DNA of 43,168 bases. Origin: a virus. Under the pieces are notes generated by a model. The model searched no databases and had not been told where the DNA came from. It saw only the letters and a program-made list of their open reading frames with translations. The translations under genes were made by a program, and so were the position numbers. Positions 8,855 to 13,768 of this stretch are shown one piece after another. How positions within the stretch are numbered: the first letter of the stretch is position 1; each line of letters opens with the position of its first letter. The stretch covers positions 1-43,168 of the IMG/VR virus record IMGVR_UViG_3300018875_000009. One strand, given 5' to 3'.

Positions 8855-8886
8855 CCCCCCGCTTCGGCGGGGGGTTTCCTGTTTCT
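8855..8886 (+). terminator. Intrinsic terminator
   Basis: CCCCCCGC / GCGGGGGG stem, TTCG loop, TTTCCTGTTTCT tail. Confidence 0.8.
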
Positions 8887-8897
8887 CGACTCAGACC

Positions 8898-8955
8898 GTT
8901 TACACGCTTGCGCTCGATTCCAAATGACAGTATCGTTTCCCTTGTCAGCGAGAGA
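8898..8955 (+). promoter_or_regulatory. Early promoter cassette D: GTTTACAC 8898-8905, -35 TTGCGC 8908-8913, 17-nt spacer containing CCAAATGACAG 8920-8930, -10 TATCGT 8931-8936, leader TGTCAGCGAGAGA 8943-8955
   Basis: Read directly. Confidence 0.65.
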
Positions 8956-8994
8956 AGGGGGGCCGGAAGGCCCGGCCCCCGGAAGGGAAACGCA

Positions 8995-9102
8995 ATGCAC
9001 TTCGGAGACCCGCGCTTCAAGCTCGTCTGTAAGTGGCACAAGGACTGCGACGGAAACGTTCGCCAGGCCCACCGGTTCGAGTGGGTGAAGGTCGAGAAGT
9101 AG
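8995..9102 (+). CDS. Hypothetical mini-protein (35 aa, Cys/His-containing)
   Basis: ATG after SD GGAAGGGAAA and a leader hairpin. Has its own promoter and terminator. Very short, so uncertain. Confidence 0.35.
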   Translation: MHFGDPRFKLVCKWHKDCDGNVRQAHRFEWVKVEK

Positions 9103-9108
9103 CCCCGA

Positions 9109-9139
9109 GGGCGGCCCGAAAGGGCCGCCCTTCTTCTTT
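9109..9139 (+). terminator. Intrinsic terminator
   Basis: GGGCGGCCC / GGGCCGCCC stem, GAAA loop, TTCTTCTTT tail. Confidence 0.8.
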
Positions 9140-9144
9140 GCCCC

Positions 9145-9200
9145 GAAGCTAAACTTGAAATGGTATCGCTTCAGATGCTAGATTCCCAATGTCAGCGAGA
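9145..9200 (+). promoter_or_regulatory. Early promoter cassette E: GAAGCTAAACTTGAAA, -35 TTGAAA 9155-9160, 18-nt spacer, -10 TAGATT 9179-9184, leader TGTCAGCGAGA 9190-9200
   Basis: Read directly. Confidence 0.65.
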
Positions 9201-9228
9201 AACGGCCTTCGGGCCGGAAGGGAATCCT

Positions 9229-9885
9229 GTGCAGCGAACCGATAAGGCCGCCGCTTCCGTCGTTGCGGGCATTGCGGCGGGTGCCTTCACCCTCTCCTAC
9301 GAAGCTCTTCGGAACGTCTACCTGGGGAGCGCCGGAAACGGTGACCTCTCCCCCATCTACCCCCTGATAGTCGAAGGGTTTGTCACGGTGGCCGTGTGGG
9401 TGGCCTACCGGCTTCGTGACTACGGCTGGAAGGCCACGGCCTACCCGTGGACCCTGGCGGCCCTCTTCTTCGCCTACTCGCTGTGGTCGAACGCCCTCCC
9501 GGACACCGTTCCGGCCCCGGTCATCCTTGGCGTTCCCTCGGTTGCCGTCCCCCTGGCCGTCCATCTCTTCACGCACCTTCTGAAGAAGCGTGAGCCCGTG
9601 GGGGCCGAGCTGGTCGCCGAGCTGGTCGCCGAGGGCGGCCAGGACGACGAAGAGCCCCTGTCCGATGACCCGTGGCCGGCCTGGGAGCCCCCGGCGGTTC
9701 AGGCCCCCATCTTCGCGGCCTCGGTCGAGAAGATTCCCAGCGTCACGGCGGCCACGGATTCCAGCGCCATGGTCCGCGCCTGGGCGCGTCAGAACGGCTA
9801 CGCCGTGAAGGACACCGGACGCATCCCGGATGCCGTCCTGAAGGCTTACGCGAAGGCTCACGGAGGGGAGTTGGTCACCCCTTGA
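9229..9885 (+). CDS. Membrane protein (DUF2637-like N-terminal helices) with a C-terminal Lsr2-type DNA-binding domain
   Basis: GTG after SD GGAAGGGA. Three or four hydrophobic helices. C-terminus VRAWARQNGYAVKDTGRIPDAVLKAYAKAH parallels the Lsr2 C-terminus encoded at 10020-10352. Confidence 0.65.
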   Translation: MQRTDKAAASVVAGIAAGAFTLSYEALRNVYLGSAGNGDLSPIYPLIVEGFVTVAVWVAYRLRDYGWKATAYPWTLAALFFAYSLWSNALPDTVPAPVILGVPSVAVPLAVHLFTHLLKKREPVGAELVAELVAEGGQDDEEPLSDDPWPAWEPPAVQAPIFAASVEKIPSVTAATDSSAMVRAWARQNGYAVKDTGRIPDAVLKAYAKAHGGELVTP

Positions 9886-10019
9886 AGCTCGGGTGGTGCA
9901 TGACGGGGCATCACGGCACCTGCCCCGTCCGCACGGTAAGTGGAATCGCTTGTGGCTGTAGTTGCCACGCTGGTAAGAAGTCCAACGTAATCGAACTCTT
10001 CCCGAAGAAGGAAAACGCC

Positions 10020-10352
10020 ATGGCTCAGAAGGTCGAAGTGAAGCTGATTGACGACCTCGACGGTTCCGAGGCGACTCAGACCGTCCTGTTCGCCCTCGAC
10101 GGGAAGACGTACGAGATCGACCTGAACGACGGCCACGCGGCCGAACTCCGCGACGCCCTGGCCCCGTACCTCGGGGCGGCCCGGAAGGTCTCTGGCGCCC
10201 GTGGGGGCGTTCGCCGGATCGGGTCGGCGAAGCCCGCTGAAGACTCGGGCACGATCCGGGAATGGGCGCGACAGAACGGCTACGAGGTGAGCGACCGGGG
10301 CCGCGTGCCCGCGAGCGTCCGTGAGGCGTACGAGAAGGCGAAGGCCGCCTGA
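10020..10352 (+). CDS. lsr2: Lsr2-family nucleoid-associated protein
   Basis: N-terminus MAQKVEVKLIDDLDGSEATQTVLFALDGKTYEIDL. C-terminus IREWARQNGYEVSDRGRVPASVREAY (RGR motif). SD GAAGGAAAA upstream. An in-frame ATG at 9900 would add a Cys-rich extension. Confidence 0.85.
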   Translation: MAQKVEVKLIDDLDGSEATQTVLFALDGKTYEIDLNDGHAAELRDALAPYLGAARKVSGARGGVRRIGSAKPAEDSGTIREWARQNGYEVSDRGRVPASVREAYEKAKAA

Positions 10353-10372
10353 GCGGCGACCAGCTCGACTAC

Positions 10373-10400
10373 GGCCCCCGCTTCGGCGGGGGCCTTCTTC
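10373..10400 (+). terminator. Intrinsic terminator (first of a tandem pair)
   Basis: GGCCCCCGC / GCGGGGGCC stem, TTCG loop, TTCTTC tail. Confidence 0.75.
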
Positions 10401-10430
10401 ATGCCCAACAAGCCCTAGGAAGCCCTGTAC

Positions 10431-10462
10431 GGCCCCCGTCCCTGCGGGGGCCTTCTCTGTGT
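10431..10462 (+). terminator. Second tandem terminator-like hairpin
   Basis: GGCCCCCG / CGGGGGCC stem, 6-nt loop, TTCTCTGTGT tail. Confidence 0.6.
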
Positions 10463-10554
10463 CCGCACGCGTCCTGAACGGCCCTGTACGGCCCGCACAG
10501 CCCTTCCGCGGCCCCCTGGCCGGCCATCCGGTTCCGCGCACTCCCGCACCCTCG

Positions 10555-10600
10555 CAAGCTGTGATCTGGAACCTGTGTAAACGGGTGGCCCTGATCACTC
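10555..10600 (+). promoter_or_regulatory. Degenerate (probably decayed) cassette copy: CAAGCTGTGATCTGGAA + GTGTAAAC, with no usable -10
   Basis: Aligns with cassette C, but the -35 is CTGGAA, the palindrome is GTAAAC and the -10 position reads GCCCTG. Confidence 0.5.
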
Positions 10601-10609
10601 ACGTATAGC

Positions 10610-10639
10610 TTGCGCGCACACTCCAAATGTAAGTAACGT
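10610..10639 (+). promoter_or_regulatory. Promoter of the ORF-free region: -35 TTGCGC 10610-10615, 18-nt spacer containing CCAAATGTAAG, -10 TAACGT 10634-10639
   Basis: Same architecture as cassettes A, D and G, but the downstream leader motif is absent. Confidence 0.55.
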
Positions 10640-10645
10640 CGCTCC

Positions 10646-11110
10646 CGCACGGCTGATCTTGGCCGTGGCCGCGTACGACGGCCCCTCGGATGGCACCGGG
10701 GGGAAACGACATGCCAAGGGAGAGCGGCCCCAGGAAACCGCCCTGCGGCCCCCGAGTGACGACCGGGGGAGTCCAGACCAGTCGGGAGTAAGAGAACGGC
10801 TCTCCCTCACCAAAAGACCGACCCCGGTTGCCTCGGGAGGTAGAGAACGAACGGCATACCGAGTGACGAACAGACCGGGTGAAGGCAGGCCCGGACCGGT
10901 GGCCCCGCAGAGGGGTCGGGCATGCGGCCCCTAGCTTCGATCACACATCCCGGCCCTGCGGTGAGAGTAATTCCCTCAACACCGGTTCTGAAGGCGACGA
11001 CCGCGACGGGCGTACCGGAGAGAATCCCCTAGAGCGTGAGTAAGCCCCTTGGGGGCTCTTTAACTTGCGCTCTAGGGGGGTTCACTAGCTCCCCCCGCTC
11101 GGGGCACCCG
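10646..11110 (+). ncRNA. Candidate structured non-coding transcript (unclassified family)
   Basis: Own promoter. No ORF with an SD or coding-type GC3. Dense hairpins, including an 11-bp perfect long-range stem 11026-11036 / 11068-11078. Internal repeats GAGTGACGA x2 and AGAGAACG x2. Confidence 0.35.
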
Positions 11111-11167
11111 GAGCCTGGGAAAAGAGCAAGACGAAGAACAACAGAACAACCCAACCACCTAAGCCAC

Positions 11168-11215
11168 TAGACAGCCATTCCAAATGACAGTATGGTTTCC
11201 CCTGTCAGCGAGAGA
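11168..11215 (+). promoter_or_regulatory. Early promoter cassette G: -35 TAGACA 11168-11173, 17-nt spacer containing CCAAATGACAG 11180-11190, -10 TATGGT 11191-11196, leader TGTCAGCGAGAGA 11203-11215
   Basis: Read directly. Confidence 0.7.
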
Positions 11216-11237
11216 AGCGACAAGGAAGGGCGCACCA

Positions 11238-11435
11238 GTGGCGAAGGTTCGTAGGACCCCGGAAGGTCTGGCCGAGGCAATCAAGGCAGCAGGGTTCAAG
11301 GTCGAGCGACGGAATCACGGATGGCTGTGCTTCCCGGACGACAAGACGAAGCCTGCCGAATGGATCAGCCGGAACACGGGAGGCAGGGGCCAGAGGAACA
11401 ATGAGGCCGTAGCGAGAAGGTTCGGGGTTCTGTAA
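11238..11435 (+). CDS. Hypothetical protein (65 aa)
   Basis: GTG after SD AAGGAAGGG, in frame with ORF 11184-11435. Confidence 0.5.
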   Translation: MAKVRRTPEGLAEAIKAAGFKVERRNHGWLCFPDDKTKPAEWISRNTGGRGQRNNEAVARRFGVL

Positions 11436-11445
11436 CCTCCCCCAC

Positions 11446-11499
11446 GGGGGCCGGGCGACCGGCCCCCTTCACCGTGTCAGCGAGGAAGAAGGTTTAAAC
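11446..11499 (+). promoter_or_regulatory. Hairpin + leader motif GTGTCAGCGAG (11474-11484) + SD + GTTTAAAC (11492-11499), with no recognisable promoter
   Basis: GGGGGCCGG/CCGGCCCCC hairpin, then TTCACC-GTGTCAGCGAGGAAGAAGGTTTAAACC-ATG. Confidence 0.5.
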
Positions 11500-11500
11500 C

Positions 11501-11803
11501 ATGCGTGAGTATCAGGGCGTTGTGCGGGTGAGGCACCAGGGAAAGAACCTGGCCGAGTCCCCCGACCAGCTCGACGACGTGACCGGCGCTCTGGTCGAGT
11601 ACGGGGCCACGGCGCAGATGGGCGACGGATGGACCGAGTGGACCATGACCGTGCGCGTGCCGACCCTGTACGACGTTGCGGCCGTGGCCGGCCGAACCGT
11701 GCGCGACGCGTACGAAAACGCGGGATGGTCCGTAACCCTGGTGCGCGTGGACGCGTGGCAGGTAGCCGAGTGGGAGCACGCGAAGGGCTTGACCGACGAG
11801 TGA
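11501..11803 (+). CDS. Hypothetical protein (100 aa)
   Basis: ATG after a purine-rich SD. High GC3. Confidence 0.55.
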   Translation: MREYQGVVRVRHQGKNLAESPDQLDDVTGALVEYGATAQMGDGWTEWTMTVRVPTLYDVAAVAGRTVRDAYENAGWSVTLVRVDAWQVAEWEHAKGLTDE

Positions 11804-11807
11804 CCGA

Positions 11808-11835
11808 GGGCCGGGAGACCGGCCCTTTCCCTTTA
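11808..11835 (+). terminator. Intrinsic terminator
   Basis: GGGCCGG / CCGGCCC stem, GAGA loop, TTTCCCTTTACC tail. Confidence 0.7.
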
Positions 11836-11839
11836 CCTC

Positions 11840-11898
11840 GAAGCTGTCATTTGAAATCTCGTTTAAACGGTGCTACCGTCTCCCTTGTCAGCGAGAGA
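11840..11898 (+). promoter_or_regulatory. Early promoter cassette H: GAAGCTGTCATTTGAAA, -35 TTGAAA 11851-11856, 17-nt spacer with GTTTAAAC 11861-11868, -10 TACCGT 11874-11879, leader TGTCAGCGAGAGA 11886-11898
   Basis: Read directly. Confidence 0.7.
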
Positions 11899-11934
11899 AG
11901 CCCCCGGCAACGGGGGCGAGAGAAGGGAAGGCCA

Positions 11935-12117
11935 ATGGCCGTTTCGCTCCACAAGGGAGTTCACCGGTGGGTTCACTTCTACGAGGAGAACCTGACCTTC
12001 TGCCGCTTCTGCGGAACCGTCCTCGACATGGGCGACTCCCCCGCTAGCGACGACTGCACCCCCCTGCATGACGCGCACTGCGCTTGCGACCGGTGCCGAG
12101 AGGTTCGGAACCGCTAG
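11935..12117 (+). CDS. Hypothetical Cys-rich protein (60 aa)
   Basis: ATG after SD GAGAAGGGAAGG and a leader hairpin. CRFCG...CACDRC motifs. Confidence 0.45.
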   Translation: MAVSLHKGVHRWVHFYEENLTFCRFCGTVLDMGDSPASDDCTPLHDAHCACDRCREVRNR

Positions 12118-12126
12118 CGAAACCGA

Positions 12127-12158
12127 GGGGCCGGGAAACCGGCCCCTTCTTCGTTTCC
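12127..12158 (+). terminator. Intrinsic terminator
   Basis: GGGGCCGG / CCGGCCCC stem, GAAA loop, TTCTTCGTTTCC tail. Confidence 0.8.
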
Positions 12159-12160
12159 CT

Positions 12161-12220
12161 GAAGCTGTCATTTGACACGTAGCGTTTAAACGTCGTAGAG
12201 TTTCCCTTGTCAGCGAGAGA
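12161..12220 (+). promoter_or_regulatory. Early promoter cassette I: GAAGCTGTCATTTGACA, -35 TTGACA 12172-12177, 18-nt spacer with GTTTAAAC 12184-12191, -10 TAGAGT 12196-12201, leader TGTCAGCGAGAGA 12208-12220
   Basis: Best match in the window to a sigma-70/HrdB-type promoter. Confidence 0.75.
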
Positions 12221-12265
12221 ACGGCCCCTCGGGGCCGAGCTTGATAACTCAAGAGGGGAACACCG

Positions 12266-12673
12266 ATGAAGGTCTTTCGAGTCGGCGGAACGACGGACCA
12301 GATCACGACGTGTGAGCTGTGCGGGAAGCCCGAGCTTCGCGGAACGGTTCAGATGATCGAGCTTGACGCGGACGGGAACGACTTCGCAGACCACTACTTC
12401 GGCACTAGCTGTGCGGCGAAGGCCGCCGGGTGGACGCAGAAGGATGTGAGGCTGGCGGCCAGGGCCGCCGACCGGGCGAAGAAGGAAGCCGCCGAAAAGG
12501 CGCGGCGGGAAGCCGAGTACGAAGAGATGGTTCACCGCAACAAGGCCATGGACTGGTGGCTTCAGGAGAACTTCGGGACGGACGACATACACGAAGCGGC
12601 GAAGATCGCCGGTATGAGCTTCGTCCGCCTGTCCTGCGCTTTCAGCGACGAATACGCGCGCTGCCAGCCGTAG
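12266..12673 (+). CDS. Hypothetical protein (135 aa) with N-terminal CxxC and a charged helical middle
   Basis: ATG after SD AAGAGGGGAA. High GC3. Confidence 0.6.
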   Translation: MKVFRVGGTTDQITTCELCGKPELRGTVQMIELDADGNDFADHYFGTSCAAKAAGWTQKDVRLAARAADRAKKEAAEKARREAEYEEMVHRNKAMDWWLQENFGTDDIHEAAKIAGMSFVRLSCAFSDEYARCQP

Positions 12674-12682
12674 AGAACACAG

Positions 12683-12710
12683 AAGGGGCGGCCCACGGGG
12701 GCCGCCCCTT
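12683..12710. terminator. Bidirectional terminator between convergent genes
   Basis: 11-bp stem AAGGGGCGGCC / GGCCGCCCCTT with a 6-nt loop. Confidence 0.7.
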
Positions 12711-12763
12711 CTGCCTTGCTCGCACCGCCCGCCGGGGGGACTGGACACGGGCGGGGAGCTGGT

Positions 12764-13000
12764 CTAGGTGATCCGAGGCTCACCCGGTAGCGGGTCCGTG
12801 CCGACCGGCCGCGTGTCCTCGGGGTGTCCGTAGCTCTTGTGCACTGCCATGGCGTTAGCGGCCCTCTGGGCGGCCTGGGGGTCACCCTTCCGGGAGACCT
12901 CCCGAAGTCGCTTCACCAGCTTCGCGCACTGAAGGCAGTCTTTCGGGTCCACGTCGCCCCCGCGCGGGGCAACGAGACTCAACAGTTCTTCAACCGACAC
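12764..13000 (-). CDS. Small CxxC-x28-H protein, paralog 3 of a tandem family
   Basis: GTG after SD GGTGAGGAAAA. CLQC...KG...VH aligns with the two upstream paralogs. Confidence 0.55.
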   Translation of the reverse strand: MSVEELLSLVAPRGGDVDPKDCLQCAKLVKRLREVSRKGDPQAAQRAANAMAVHKSYGHPEDTRPVGTDPLPGEPRIT

Positions 13001-13009
13001 GGCTTTTCC

Positions 13010-13249
13010 TCACCACTTCCAGCCGTCGAGAAGGCCGCCCGCACACCGGCAACGCACCTTCGTGCGCCCCTGACAGGTCGAGCAACCATCGAAGCCCGCA
13101 CAGTCCGGGCACCAAACTTCCCGGTGACCGAAGCACTCGCCACAGATGGTGGCGTTCTCGATCATCCACTGAACGACCGAGGGGCGACCGAAGGACGTGT
13201 AGCCGGTACGGCCCGCGCGCTTCTTCGGCCGCTCCGGGGCCGTAGTCAC
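13010..13249 (-). CDS. DnaJ-type zinc-finger (CxxCxGxG repeat) mini-protein
   Basis: CGECFGH, CPDCAGFDG and CSTCQGR repeats. GTGA-coupled start at 13249 (the ORF track allows 13270). Confidence 0.55.
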   Translation of the reverse strand: MTTAPERPKKRAGRTGYTSFGRPSVVQWMIENATICGECFGHREVWCPDCAGFDGCSTCQGRTKVRCRCAGGLLDGWKW

Positions 13250-13449
13250 TTCGCGGCCCCATGGGTGCACTGCCGGATGTTCCGGGCCGCTTCGAACCGG
13301 GCCGAGGCATCGCCGGCCGCTATGGCGTCACGTAGCTTCTCGGCTTCCGCCTTACAGCGGCGACACCCCTTCTTCGGCTTTGCTTCGTACAGCCACGCGT
13401 CTAGCGGCAGGTCGACCGGCGGGCCGCCGTAGGCAGGCGGATCGGTCAT
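13246..13449 (-). CDS. Small CxxC-x28-CxH protein, paralog 2
   Basis: ATGA-coupled start at 13449. CRRC...AG...IRQCTH. Confidence 0.5.
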   Translation of the reverse strand: MTDPPAYGGPPVDLPLDAWLYEAKPKKGCRRCKAEAEKLRDAIAAGDASARFEAARNIRQCTHGAAK

Positions 13450-13658
13450 CCCGCCACCCCCAGGGCGGGGAGCTGTCGCCCCACGGCCCGCACCCGGTGC
13501 GGGTGATTCCTGATCTCCGCATTGGCGTACGCCACGGCTTCCGGAACCCCGGCTTCGCGGGCAATCTCCCGAGACTCCGCCTGAATCGCGCACTCTCCGC
13601 ACCCCTCGACCGCGACCGGTTCGAGGGGGGTCACTTCGGCAACTTGCTTCGCAGACAT
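13446..13658 (-). CDS. Small CxxC-x28-HxH protein, paralog 1
   Basis: ATG 13658 follows the minus-strand leader GTCAGCGAGAGG. CGEC...AG...IRNHPH. Confidence 0.5.
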   Translation of the reverse strand: MSAKQVAEVTPLEPVAVEGCGECAIQAESREIAREAGVPEAVAYANAEIRNHPHRVRAVGRQLPALGVAG

Positions 13659-13666
13659 GCCCTGGC

Positions 13667-13689
13667 CTCTCGCTGACGTTGTCGCTCTA
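13667..13689 (-). promoter_or_regulatory. Minus-strand -10 (TAGAGC, 13684-13689) plus leader motif GTCAGCGAGAG (13667-13677) for the divergent small-gene operon
   Basis: The reverse complement reads TAGAGC-GACAAC-GTCAGCGAGAGG-CCAGGGC-ATG. No clear -35. Confidence 0.5.
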
Positions 13690-13713
13690 CGCAACCGCGC
13701 CGTAGCCCGCGGC

Positions 13714-13738
13714 GGTACCTTTGGAGAGTCAGCGAGGG
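13714..13738 (+). promoter_or_regulatory. Fused partial motif pair GGTACCTTTGGAG + AGTCAGCGAGGG upstream of the HTH-TPR gene
   Basis: Read directly; 31 nt upstream of ATG 13769. Confidence 0.45.
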
Positions 13739-13768
13739 TGGAAAGCGTGGAAAGTTCGGGGGTAGGGC

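Noticed and set aside
9900-10019. In-frame N-terminal extension of Lsr2 (MTGHHGTCPVRTVSGIACGCSCHAGKK...) starting at ATG 9900
   Set aside because: A strong SD (GAAGGAAAA) precedes ATG 10020, and canonical Lsr2 proteins begin MAQKV. The extension has a weak SD. It remains possible as an alternative isoform.
10711-10791. 26-aa mini-ORF (MPRESGPRKPPCGPRVTTGGVQTSRE) with a GGGGGGA stretch 6 nt upstream
   Set aside because: Too short and compositionally odd to support. The apparent SD is part of a predicted helix. Kept only as a possibility to check with ribosome profiling.
10659-10934. 91-aa ORF inside the ORF-free region
   Set aside because: TTG start with no SD. About 68 percent GC3 by hand count against about 85 percent in real genes. 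Many rare AGA/CGA/GGA codons and an Arg/Pro/Gly-rich product. Better explained as non-coding.
10646-11110. Identification of the candidate ncRNA as tmRNA, RNase P RNA, a cobalamin riboswitch or a group I/II intron
   Set aside because: I could not find the defining elements. There is no tRNA-like acceptor or T-arm (GGUUCGA) with a tag ORF, no GAGGAAAGUCC or ACAGNRA RNase P boxes, no B12 box and no intron domain V. The family remains unknown.
7115-12710. CRISPR array, as an explanation for the regularly repeated motifs
   Set aside because: The repeat units are 200-700 bp apart, are separated by SD-led ORFs and terminators, and contain promoter hexamers. No short uniform spacers and no cas genes are present.
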